DNA of 64,000 nucleotides, taken from NCBI GenBank assembly GCA_029557895.1, contig JAKQHT010000009.1, positions 5,108-69,107 of the forward strand, read 5' to 3'. The DNA is from Bacteroidota bacterium (GTDB lineage Bacteria > Bacteroidota > Bacteroidia > Flavobacteriales > Flavobacteriaceae). Position numbers and translations under genes: made by a program. Positions 1 to 8,944 of the stretch are shown here, in pieces. Every line of letters begins with the position of its first letter. Position 1 is the first letter of the stretch. A model generated the notes under the pieces. The model made no database searches, had not been told where the DNA came from, and saw only the letters and a program-made list of their open reading frames with translations.

Positions 1-535
1 CGTTAAACTGAAAGTGCAAAAAGCACTGGATTGCAATCTGGTAGAATGCCGAAGTTTTTCCCATGAGTCCTACTGCCGGTCCAAGGCACCAAACGCCTAC
101 GGTGCTCAACACCATAAAAACCAAAGCCCATCTCACAAAACTTTCAACCAAGGGATTGTTGATTTTCAGGTCTTTCCAAATTCGGTATGCGAATGCATAA
201 CTGCACAAAATGTGCAGCGTGGAAAAGGAAATGGAAACCGCGGCATAACCCTGAAAAGGAAAACTGAACATCATGCCAAGTACGGACAATTGGGTCAGCC
301 AGAACAAGCGGTTGTAAACACGGCCTTTATAAGGTACAAAATAATAGAGAAAAAAAGTGAAAAGCATCAGATAGACCCAGCCCAACATGGCAACGTGCGA
401 ATGGGCATGCGTCAAAAATCTGTAATTGATTCCTATCTCGCCCACCATGGCATAGCGAAGCAACAGGCCAAGCAAGGCGGCAACCAAAAAATTAAGAAGA
501 CAGGTCGCTACAAACTTTTTGGGTATATAAATCAT
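1..535 (-). CDS. Multi-pass membrane protein with HAHSH motif (partial, runs off the left edge); associated with nitrosative-stress/denitrification clusters
   Basis: Not in the ORF track. Manual translation from ATG at 535 gives MIYIPKKFVATCLLNFLVAALLGLLLRY...FLTHAHSHVAMLGWVYL...FLHFQFN, open to the edge with several hydrophobic helices. It lies downstream of ric on the same strand. Confidence 0.8.
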   Translation of the reverse strand, partial: MIYIPKKFVATCLLNFLVAALLGLLLRYAMVGEIGINYRFLTHAHSHVAMLGWVYLMLFTFFLYYFVPYKGRVYNRLFWLTQLSVLGMMFSFPFQGYAAVSISFSTLHILCSYAFAYRIWKDLKINNPLVESFVRWALVFMVLSTVGVWCLGPAVGLMGKTSAFYQIAIQCFLHFQFN

Positions 536-630
536 TAATGGGCTTTAAATTAAAGAATTAAGAAGTTCCGTTTATCTTCACCATAGGCTTGGGTCTAATT
601 TACGGACTAAATTCGGGTGGGGCAATAAAA

Positions 631-686
631 GAAACACCTTTCTGGTATTTTCCTATTGATAAATGGTTACCATAGAAAGGTGTTTC
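631..686 (-). terminator. Long hairpin after ric (probable intrinsic terminator or attenuator)
   Basis: GAAACACCTTTCT...AGAAAGGTGTTTC inverted repeat, followed by a T-rich tract on the minus strand. Confidence 0.6.
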
Positions 687-729
687 GGCAACAAATCAAA
701 CAAACTGCATTATAAACCACGAACATGGA

Positions 730-1467
730 TTATGGGTTTAAAAGTTTTTTCTCCAATTTGGCTGCTTCGGGAAATAGAATATTGTTTTCCAGATGTATGT
801 GCATGTGCAGATCTAGTTCAAACTCGTTGAGCATAGCAAATGTGACCCGATAGGTATTGCAAGCATCGGCCGGAGGCGTATAATTGTCGGTAAGTTCGGC
901 GATTTTTCTAAAGCGTTCGCCTTCGGTATCATGTTCTTCCATCATCATGGCAATCGGGTTTTCTACCGTTCCAAAGCCGGGTTTTTGCATTTCTTGCCCT
1001 GTGATGGATGTATTTACCATTTTTTTGATGAATGGGAAAAGCACCAGTTCTTCCTTTTTCATGTGCGCAGCCAATTCGCCTGCAGATGCAAAAAACAGTT
1101 CGCTTATCTCAAATAGCTCTGGGTGCCTGTCGCCATGTACTTTGCAGAGTTTGTCCAAAAAGCCTTTGATTATCAGTGATTTTTCTTCTACATAACGATG
1201 GTGTTTTTTTTCGATGTATTCTGTAAGCAGGTCCAATGGCCAGGACTTAAAGTCTATGTTTTGTCCAGAATCTGCGTTCATTGCTGCGTCCAGCTCGTTT
1301 AATAACATTTCTTCGTCAATGTTTTTCTTTTGGCACACTTCTTCAATGGTTCTGTGGCCTTTGCAACAAAAATCGATGCCATGTTTTGTAAAAACTGCGG
1401 CCGCTCTGTAGTCTTCAGCTACAAATTCGCCAATTTGCCTGGTTGCTTTTTTTTGTATTGTTTTCAT
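730..1467 (-). CDS. ric: Iron-sulfur cluster repair di-iron protein (Ric/YtfE/ScdA)
   Basis: N-terminal GIDFCCKG motif and hemerythrin-like ligands HH, HMKKEELVLFP, EHD, HIHLENNILFP. Confidence 0.95.
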   Translation of the reverse strand: MKTIQKKATRQIGEFVAEDYRAAAVFTKHGIDFCCKGHRTIEEVCQKKNIDEEMLLNELDAAMNADSGQNIDFKSWPLDLLTEYIEKKHHRYVEEKSLIIKGFLDKLCKVHGDRHPELFEISELFFASAGELAAHMKKEELVLFPFIKKMVNTSITGQEMQKPGFGTVENPIAMMMEEHDTEGERFRKIAELTDNYTPPADACNTYRVTFAMLNEFELDLHMHIHLENNILFPEAAKLEKKLLNP

Positions 1468-1484
1468 AATCGTGATTTTTATTC

Positions 1485-1498
1485 GGACAAAAAAGTCC
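1485..1498. promoter_or_regulatory. Putative Rrf2 operator upstream of ric (GGAC-N6-GTCC)
   Basis: Palindrome 17 bp upstream of the ric start, with the same geometry as the site at 2000-2015. Confidence 0.6.
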
Positions 1499-1518
1499 TA
1501 TTTTGGTTTAAAAAAATT

Positions 1519-1953
1519 CTATATTCTTAAAAAAGAAACACCCGAACTGACATCCATTGCCAGCGATTTTAGATTGGTTGTTTCCAAAAGTTCCCTTAAA
1601 TCGTCCCTGACTTTTTTGAACTCAAAATGTACAGGGCAAGGATGTAGTTCATTGCATTCGGATAGCCCCAGGCCACAGCCTTTGTATATATTGTCGCCAT
1701 CAATGGCCTTTACAATATCTGCCAGTTTGATATGCTCCAATCGGGATTTTTCAATCTCAAAGCCACCATTGATACCTCTTACCGACAAGATGATGTTTTC
1801 GCGCGCCAACATTTGAAGGATTTTGGCGGTAAAAGCTTCAGGAGAATCTATGTGATTTGCAATTCCCTTGAGGCTCACACGCTTATCTTCGTTGGATCTA
1901 ACAGCGATGTAAATGGTAGCCTTTATTCCGTATTCACAAGCTTTAGAAAACAT
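1519..1953 (-). CDS. Rrf2-family transcriptional regulator (NsrR/IscR-like, three Cys)
   Basis: MFSKACEYGI start, wHTH with SVRGINGGF, and CGLGLSECNELHPCPVH Fe-S ligand region. Confidence 0.92.
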   Translation of the reverse strand: MFSKACEYGIKATIYIAVRSNEDKRVSLKGIANHIDSPEAFTAKILQMLARENIILSVRGINGGFEIEKSRLEHIKLADIVKAIDGDNIYKGCGLGLSECNELHPCPVHFEFKKVRDDLRELLETTNLKSLAMDVSSGVSFLRI

Positions 1954-1999
1954 GAGCAGTAAAAATTCTCAACAAAAATACGGATAATTTCCAAGAAAC

Positions 2000-2015
2000 A
2001 AGACATTTTTGTCTT
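2000..2015. promoter_or_regulatory. Putative Rrf2 autoregulatory operator (AAGAC-N6-GTCTT)
   Basis: Inverted repeat with perfectly matched 5-bp arms, about 20 bp upstream of a TATTTTTG -7 element (1973-1980, minus strand). Confidence 0.6.
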
Positions 2016-2098
2016 AATATTGTTCTCTGTGTAAATAATTATGTTTTTGCCTAAAAATGTCGATATTTGTATTTGCTAACTAAAATAAGTATAAGATA

Positions 2099-2281
2099 AT
2101 GGCAATGAACAAAAACACCGTGTTGGCTTGGGCCACTTGGATAATGATTATTGTTGGACTGGGGCTGATAGGGCTTGGCGCCTTTCGCTATTATGAGGTT
2201 GCTGGCTATGGTTTTGCAGCTGTTGGCATCGGGTTTTTTGCTATAGCTTGGGTTTTTAATGCCCTGAAAGGTAGGGTTTGA
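2099..2281 (+). CDS. Small 2-TM membrane protein (CAL67264-like family, Flavobacteriaceae)
   Basis: MNKNTVLAWAT...FFAIAWVFNALKGRV, recognised as a conserved small protein upstream of ettA. Confidence 0.75.
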   Translation: MAMNKNTVLAWATWIMIIVGLGLIGLGAFRYYEVAGYGFAAVGIGFFAIAWVFNALKGRV

Positions 2282-2357
2282 TGATTGGTGGTGGTCCGTT
2301 CAATTCAATTTCAATTTCATTAAATCGTAAAACAACAATCGTAAACCATAACTAACT

Positions 2358-4046
2358 ATGTCTGACGATAAAAAAGTCATTTTCTCGATGCGGGGTCTTA
2401 CAAAGACCTTTAAGGGCGCTGATACGCCAGTATTGAAAAACATTCATTTGAGTTTCTTTTATGGAGCCAAAATCGGTATTCTTGGTTTGAACGGCTCCGG
2501 GAAATCCACGCTTTTGAAAATCATAGCCGGTATCGATAAAAACTATCAGGGCGATGTAACCTTTTTGCAGGATTATTCGGTGGGCTATTTAGAGCAAGAG
2601 CCTCAACTGGATGAGGACAAAACCGTGCTTGACATTGTTAAGGAAGGTGCTGCCGAGACTGTAGCCATTCTCGACGAGTACAATAAAATCAATGATATGT
2701 TTGGGCTTGAGGAAGTCTATTCTGACCCGGACAAAATGCAGAAATTGATGGATAGACAAGCGGTGCTCCAGGACAAAATTGATGCAAGCAATGCTTGGGA
2801 ACTCGATACAAAGTTGGAGATAGCCATGGACGCCCTGCGTACGCCCGATGCGGACAAGAAAATTTCGGTGCTTTCCGGTGGCGAACGTCGTCGTGTTGCT
2901 TTGTGCCGATTGCTCCTTCAAGAACCCGATGTTCTATTACTGGACGAGCCTACCAACCATTTGGATGCAGAATCGGTACATTGGTTAGAACAGCATTTGT
3001 CGCAGTACAAAGGCACCATCATTGCAGTGACTCACGATAGGTATTTCCTTGACAATGTAGCCGGATGGATTTTAGAACTTGATAGGGGCGAAGGCATTCC
3101 TTGGAAGGGCAACTACTCTTCATGGCTCGACCAGAAATCCAAACGATTGGCGCAAGAGAGCAAAACGGCTTCCAAACGACAAAAAACCCTTGAGCGAGAG
3201 CTGGAATGGGTACGGCAAAGCACCAAAGGCCGCCAGACCAAGCAAAAGGCTCGTTTGAACAACTATGATAAATTGTTGAGCCAAGACCAAAAGCAATTGG
3301 ACGAAAAACTGGAAATATATATACCCAATGGCCCGCGCCTTGGTACAAACGTTATTGAAGCAGTGGGTGTTAGCAAGGGATATGATGATAAATTGTTGTA
3401 CGAGAACCTGAATTTTAAACTGCCTCAAGCGGGCATTGTAGGTGTCATCGGGCCCAACGGCGCTGGAAAAACCACAATTTTTAAGATGATAATGGGGGAA
3501 GAAAAACCGGATAAAGGGGAGTTCATCGTTGGCGATACGGCAAAAATTGCTTATGTGGACCAAAGCCACTCCGGTATTGACCCTGAAAAAACCATTTGGC
3601 AAAACTTTAGTGATGAGCAAGAGTTGGTCATGATGGGAGGTAGGCAGGTAAACTCGAGGGCGTATTTAGGGCGGTTCAATTTTAGTGGCAGTGAGCAGAA
3701 CAAGAAAGTGAAATTGCTCTCCGGTGGTGAACGCAACCGCTTGCACTTGGCCATGACACTCAAGGAAGAAGGCAACGTACTACTTTTGGATGAACCTACC
3801 AACGACCTTGATGTCAATACGTTGAGAGCTTTAGAGGAGGGTCTCGAAAATTTTGCCGGCTGTGCCGTGGTTATCAGTCACGACCGTTGGTTCTTGGATA
3901 GGATTTGTACCCATATTTTAGCTTTTGAGGGCAATTCTGAAGTGTATTTCTTTGAAGGTGGTTTTAGTGACTACGAAGAAAACAGGAAGAAACGCCTTGG
4001 CGACGTAACACCAAAGCGCATCAAGTACAAAAAATTGGTACGATAG
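2358..4046 (+). CDS. ettA: Energy-dependent translational throttle protein EttA (ABC-F)
   Basis: Two ABC domains (GLNGSGKS, GPNGAGKT; LSGGE twice), no TM segments, typical GIPWKGNYSSWL linker. Confidence 0.95.
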   Translation: MSDDKKVIFSMRGLTKTFKGADTPVLKNIHLSFFYGAKIGILGLNGSGKSTLLKIIAGIDKNYQGDVTFLQDYSVGYLEQEPQLDEDKTVLDIVKEGAAETVAILDEYNKINDMFGLEEVYSDPDKMQKLMDRQAVLQDKIDASNAWELDTKLEIAMDALRTPDADKKISVLSGGERRRVALCRLLLQEPDVLLLDEPTNHLDAESVHWLEQHLSQYKGTIIAVTHDRYFLDNVAGWILELDRGEGIPWKGNYSSWLDQKSKRLAQESKTASKRQKTLERELEWVRQSTKGRQTKQKARLNNYDKLLSQDQKQLDEKLEIYIPNGPRLGTNVIEAVGVSKGYDDKLLYENLNFKLPQAGIVGVIGPNGAGKTTIFKMIMGEEKPDKGEFIVGDTAKIAYVDQSHSGIDPEKTIWQNFSDEQELVMMGGRQVNSRAYLGRFNFSGSEQNKKVKLLSGGERNRLHLAMTLKEEGNVLLLDEPTNDLDVNTLRALEEGLENFAGCAVVISHDRWFLDRICTHILAFEGNSEVYFFEGGFSDYEENRKKRLGDVTPKRIKYKKLVR

Positions 4047-4161
4047 AAAAAAATCATTGCCATGTTGACCAAACGTTCTGCCCCGATTCTTATAGGGATG
4101 GAACCAGACGTTCAAATACATCATATTGATAACCAAATATATTGCGTATGGAAAGAACAAT

Positions 4162-4698
4162 TCATACACCCAAAACTTTGGAATCTTGCTTTATTTGGTA
4201 CCAATTGTGCAATAAATTGTTCGCATAGTATTGGTTTGTTAATTGAAAGCCCAATTTTTGCAGCAAATGATTCGAGGCAGTATTTTCATTTTCTGCACAA
4301 GCGTGGATTTTATCTAATTTCATTGTAGTAAATCCATAATTGATCCAAAAAAGGGCGGCTTCAGTTGCATAACCGTTTTTCCAAAAATCTTTTGAGAAGC
4401 GATAGCCAAGATCATAAAAATCAGACTGGTTGTTTTCTTCGGATTCCCTGAATTTTAATCCGGAAAAACCAATTAACCTTCCGGTATCTTTTAGAAAAAC
4501 CGCATATCTTCCAATACCATTTTTTTTGTATTCATTTATAACTTTTGCGACGTATTTTTCTGCATCGGCCATTGTTAGGATAGGATTTCTTAAAAATCGA
4601 TTGACATTGGGATCGTTGTTCATTTCAAAAAAACCATCAATATCGCATATTTCTAAAGGTTTAAGAATCAAACGCTCTGTCTCAAATTTTAGATTCAT
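4162..4698 (-). CDS. GNAT N-acetyltransferase, RimJ/RimL type
   Basis: ETERLIL, DLGYRF..FWKNGYATEAA and N.AS..LLQKLGF motifs. Confidence 0.88.
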   Translation of the reverse strand: MNLKFETERLILKPLEICDIDGFFEMNNDPNVNRFLRNPILTMADAEKYVAKVINEYKKNGIGRYAVFLKDTGRLIGFSGLKFRESEENNQSDFYDLGYRFSKDFWKNGYATEAALFWINYGFTTMKLDKIHACAENENTASNHLLQKLGFQLTNQYYANNLLHNWYQIKQDSKVLGV

Positions 4699-4837
4699 GC
4701 TTTTAATTTTAAGTAGTTTAGCCAAGCAAAGTATTCTGATTGCAAGGCCATTTGCCCAAAACTTAACGGCAAAACCCGTTCAGACGGTCAACACCTGTCA
4801 AATATAGTATTTTACTGCCCAAACGGGAAACGTGGTT

Positions 4838-5254
4838 TTAGTACTGCTCCAAAAAATATTTAAGCAAATCTGTTGTTGTGACAATACCTACCAATTTTTC
4901 GCCATCCACGATAGGGAGCGAGTGGAACGTGTGTTTTGCCAAAATTTCAATCACTTCTTTGATGGTTGTTTCTGGATGGGCCGTTACAAGAACTTTAGCC
5001 ATTACCTGCGGAATCGTAAACATATCATACACAATTGCTTCGACCTCTTCTTCGGTTTCTGTTACATCTGCATAACTGATTTTGAGCAAATCTGAATAGC
5101 TCAAAACACCTACCAATTTGTTTCCGTCAACAACAGGAATATGGCGGATACCGTGTTTTTTGAATAATTTCTCCGCATCATATAGTGTTTGGATTGGGTT
5201 TAGTACAACTAAATCTGTTGACATGATCTGTGATACCGGAACTCTTTGTTTCAT
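4838..5254 (-). CDS. CBS domain-pair protein
   Basis: Two CBS repeats (IRHIPVVDG.KLVGVLS; HSLPIVDG.KLVGIVTTTDLL). Confidence 0.9.
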   Translation of the reverse strand: MKQRVPVSQIMSTDLVVLNPIQTLYDAEKLFKKHGIRHIPVVDGNKLVGVLSYSDLLKISYADVTETEEEVEAIVYDMFTIPQVMAKVLVTAHPETTIKEVIEILAKHTFHSLPIVDGEKLVGIVTTTDLLKYFLEQY

Positions 5255-5541
5255 GGTGTTTAATGATTTAAAGGTTAAAAAAACTATTTTTTTTGGAAAA
5301 GGGAAATTCCTATTTCATACAGTAAAGTTAAATTGTAATTAACCCTAAAAAGATGACAACAAACATTTGAAAACAAAGCTTTTTTGTGTATATTACATAA
5401 TTCTGTCGGGATTGGACTTGCCTTTCGGCTGTTTGTCGGGCAAAAGGACACGATCAGGAGAATTTTTTTGCAACTATTTGGGAGGCGCGAAGCAGGGAAG
5501 ATTTGTTTTGGTAGGCTGATATAAAGTTGTTGTAAAAGCCT

Positions 5542-5910
5542 TCAGTTCTGTTCGTGTTTGAAGCAATATCCATTTTTGTTTTTTGTCATGTTCTTGCATC
5601 GAAACCCTTTTTGGGTGATGCTCGTGCATTGCGTTGCAGTTGATTTTGCTCCTTTTGCTTCGTTAGGTTTTATTCCCAATGTATTCTTTGGGTTTGAAAT
5701 AGATTTTGCAGATTTTGTTTTGGGCCCGCACTGGGAACACGGCGTAAGATGTATTTTTTCTGCTTCGGAAATATCCAATTCTGTTGAGACATTTTTCACG
5801 AACTTACAAGTTGAGGTATGGTACTTTTTTCCTGAAGGTGTTTTGTAAACTTTTTGGGCCGAAAGTGTACAGACTGATAAAAGTAGCAATAAGGTAACTA
5901 TGTGTTTCAT
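5542..5910 (-). CDS. Exported small basic protein with two Cys/His clusters (DUF5763-like C-terminus)
   Basis: Signal peptide, then KKYHTSTC...PCSQC and CTSITQKGFRCKN...GYCFKH. Confidence 0.7.
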   Translation of the reverse strand: MKHIVTLLLLLSVCTLSAQKVYKTPSGKKYHTSTCKFVKNVSTELDISEAEKIHLTPCSQCGPKTKSAKSISNPKNTLGIKPNEAKGAKSTATQCTSITQKGFRCKNMTKNKNGYCFKHEQN

Positions 5911-6020
5911 GATACTAATTTAAAAATGGTCCGTTAGCTAATATAGAAAAATAAGGCTCCTGAATCAATCGGAAGTTGCCCGTGGCATGCTCCGGCCGAC
6001 TTCAGGTTCTAACAAACTGT

Positions 6021-7262
6021 CTAAACCACAGTTCTTTCTGATTTTAAAACTTCTATGAAGGCCATTAAATCATCAACTTCTACGTGTGTCATGAGTACAA
6101 TCTTGTACCATTTGTTGGTTTTGTCGTGCTTTTGCGGAACAAGCTGAAATCGGTTCGCAATTTCTTCCGTAATGTGGTCGGCTTTGAGAGTCACGATGTT
6201 CATGAACCGGTTTCGGTAATAGGCAATGCCCATTTGGTCGAGCTCCTTGCAGAGCCAGTCTGTCCGCATCTGCAACACACTTATGTTCTCAAACCAGCCG
6301 TGAGGGCCGTACGTAAACAAAATCATCCAAACCGCAACAGCGTTAGCACCCGAGCGCGACCCGCAAATTGTCAAATCCATGCCCTCGACATACTCGGCCT
6401 CTTTGGTCAAAACGTTTTCGATGAGCCCTTTTCTGCAAACGAAAATTCCTGTCCCGTAGGGTGCCTGGAGCATTTTGTGGGCATCGATCGTGATAGAGCT
6501 CACTTTTGGATTTGCAAAATTCAGATTGCTGTCACTATTGCTGAAAGGATAAACGAAACCACCGTAAGCACCGTCAATATGCAGTTGGTATTCCAAGTTG
6601 TGTGCTTCGAGAATGTCAGTATAATCGGTTATCGAATCAACAGACCCAAACATGGTGGTTCCCATGTTTAACACCACGATAAAATATTTTTTCCCATTGT
6701 TTTTGGCGTCGGTGACAATCTGCTCCAGCTTATCTTTTTTGATATTTCGGGAATTAAACTCAACAGGAATGCGCAACCAGTCAATCATCAACAAATTGGA
6801 GCCTTTTGGGATGGAGTAATGCGTGTCTTCGGAAGAAACTATCGCGATTTCGTTGGGTGTTGCATGATATTCGTTGATGAAATGATTGCGGTACATCCAT
6901 AATGCCTGAATGTTAGCCTCTGTGCCACCGGGTGCGATATATCCGTCAAACGAACCGGGAGCCGCTTTAAAAATATCGACTGCAATTACATTGAGCACTT
7001 CTCTTTCTATGTTTTGGGTTCCTTTAAAAACCCTTTCGGAAACCCCCAGGGTATGGCACCCAATGTTATTAGGGTTGGCTACAAAAGCTTGTAAGGTGGG
7101 CGCGTCTTTAAGGAATGGCGCATCGTCATAAAACACTTTTCCGTCCAATTTGGAGGCAGGAAATCCGAGCGAAATTTCATCCGTAAAATTGATGTTCTCC
7201 TGTAGGGCTTGCGCTATTCTGTTCCGTCTTTCTTGAACGGTCATTTTTTTCCAGTAATGCAT
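6021..7262 (-). CDS. PLP-dependent group II amino-acid decarboxylase
   Basis: GGTEAN, GTTMFGSVD, LHIDGAYGG, SITIDAHKM (PLP lysine) and GSRSG motifs. Confidence 0.88.
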   Translation of the reverse strand: MHYWKKMTVQERRNRIAQALQENINFTDEISLGFPASKLDGKVFYDDAPFLKDAPTLQAFVANPNNIGCHTLGVSERVFKGTQNIEREVLNVIAVDIFKAAPGSFDGYIAPGGTEANIQALWMYRNHFINEYHATPNEIAIVSSEDTHYSIPKGSNLLMIDWLRIPVEFNSRNIKKDKLEQIVTDAKNNGKKYFIVVLNMGTTMFGSVDSITDYTDILEAHNLEYQLHIDGAYGGFVYPFSNSDSNLNFANPKVSSITIDAHKMLQAPYGTGIFVCRKGLIENVLTKEAEYVEGMDLTICGSRSGANAVAVWMILFTYGPHGWFENISVLQMRTDWLCKELDQMGIAYYRNRFMNIVTLKADHITEEIANRFQLVPQKHDKTNKWYKIVLMTHVEVDDLMAFIEVLKSERTVV

Positions 7263-7698
7263 ATTCAAAGATTTACATTATAACGGTTGCAAAGTTAATA
7301 ACAAATATGCCAACAAGAATATGATTAAGGTCATCTGCATATTTAGGTATTGCGAGATTTGATCGTCGTGATAACCTGTTGTCTCTTGTGGCAGACTTTT
7401 GTTTTATTGTCCAAAATCCGGGATTTCAGCTTCAAATTCTTTTCAGGATACTATTGCATATTGCCAAATTGTCTTTAGAAATGTTTTTTTAATATATTGA
7501 TAATTAATAACGTATCGCCCAATTGAGGTTGACCTTATGTGGCCAAATCACACCTATAAAAGGTAAGACAAAATGAAAGTTTGATATTGTGTAGCTTGTG
7601 AAGTTTCGGTTTTAACGAAATAAACATCACCTTGTGTAACCAATGTGACTTTAAAGATTGTTTTATTGCATTAATTTTGTGGTGTTAAATTGAACATT

Positions 7699-8133
7699 AT
7701 GTCGCAAGAACATCTTTATCAGGTCAATCTAAAATGGAAAAACCATAGGATCGGTGAGTTGTCATCGCCTGTCCTGGACACCAAGATCGAATGTGCTACA
7801 CCGCCCGAATTTTCAAACGGCGTACCTAATATCTGGTCGCCTGAACATTTTTACGCAGCTGCTATAAGCAGTTGTTTTATGACTACCTTTTTAGCGATAG
7901 CTGAAAATTCACGGTTATCGTTCAAGGATTTTTCGTGCAAAACGGTATGTAAACTGGAAATAGTTGAAAGAAAATATCTAATCACCGAGGCAATCATCGA
8001 ACCTGTGGTAACTTTGGAACATCCTGATACGGACACCGAAAAGGCCTTAAAAGTTATCGGAAAAACAAAAGATAATTGTTTGGTTACAAATTCGATGAAA
8101 ACCGAAATATTTTTGAACCCTCAAATTTTATAA
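7699..8133 (+). CDS. OsmC/Ohr family protein
   Basis: WSPEHFYAAAISSCF motif and a second Cys in CLVTNS. Confidence 0.85.
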   Translation: MSQEHLYQVNLKWKNHRIGELSSPVLDTKIECATPPEFSNGVPNIWSPEHFYAAAISSCFMTTFLAIAENSRLSFKDFSCKTVCKLEIVERKYLITEAIIEPVVTLEHPDTDTEKALKVIGKTKDNCLVTNSMKTEIFLNPQIL

Positions 8134-8143
8134 TTATAATTCG

Positions 8144-8461
8144 ATGTTTAAGATTTTAAAAAACTTGTTGGGAGGTACAAACGACTCCCAACTTACTGAA
8201 TTCCTTAAAAATGGCGCCGTTATGGTAGATGTGCGCAGTGTTGGCGAGTATTCTGCTTCCCATGTCAAAGGTTCTATCAATATTCCTTTGGACAAATTAT
8301 CAAATCAATTAGGAAAACTTAAAAAGGACAAACCCGTAGTTGTGTTCTGTGCAAGCGGCATGCGGAGTGCTTCTGCCAAAGGCATTTTGCAACGCAACGG
8401 CTTTTCCGTAATCAACGGTGGGAGTTGGAAGAATGTCCAATCCTGTGTTGAGAATATATAA
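8144..8461 (+). CDS. Rhodanese-like domain protein
   Basis: VDVRS..EY..SHVKGSINIPL motif and active-site FCASGMRS. Confidence 0.9.
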   Translation: MFKILKNLLGGTNDSQLTEFLKNGAVMVDVRSVGEYSASHVKGSINIPLDKLSNQLGKLKKDKPVVVFCASGMRSASAKGILQRNGFSVINGGSWKNVQSCVENI

Positions 8462-8592
8462 TTGGTTTTATTGAGCCGTATAATGGCGGTCCTCATATAG
8501 TTAGCCCATTTGAAATGGATATTCTCAAAGGTTGAGTTTAATCGAGAAATCTGTGTGTCTGTGGCTTTTGTAAAAAAGCAAGTTTCTTTTGC

Positions 8593-8817
8593 TTATTTAT
8601 TATCGTACAAATGGCCATCGGTAAAATCTTTATAGCTTTCATCGATTTCGGTCTTAAAGGCGTCAGATTCCAAAAGGCGCTTGTTCTCGGCCTTTAGTTT
8701 GTACATTTTTATGATGGCAATTGCAATGAATACCAGAAAGATGGCGGCAGTGACAATAAGTACTATTGTAAGTTGTTCTGTACTTACCATGAGGTTGAGG
8801 TTAGTTGCTTTTGCCAT
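8593..8817 (-). CDS. Small single-TM hypothetical protein
   Basis: One hydrophobic helix followed by a charged tail. ATG preceded by a plausible TATTTGGG/TAnnTTTG-like promoter region. Confidence 0.6.
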   Translation of the reverse strand: MAKATNLNLMVSTEQLTIVLIVTAAIFLVFIAIAIIKMYKLKAENKRLLESDAFKTEIDESYKDFTDGHLYDNK

Positions 8818-8944
8818 GATATGTGTGGTTTTTTTGAAGATTTGGTTTTCCCAAATATACGGTTTTTAAACCATACAATTGCGAGATAAATCAAAAAAGT
8901 TATCAAAAAAATGCATTTAATCGGACTTTTCGACCGATGAACGG

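Noticed and set aside
14-538. 174-aa plus-strand ORF in the track
   Set aside because: It is the antisense shadow of the real minus-strand membrane protein (1-535).
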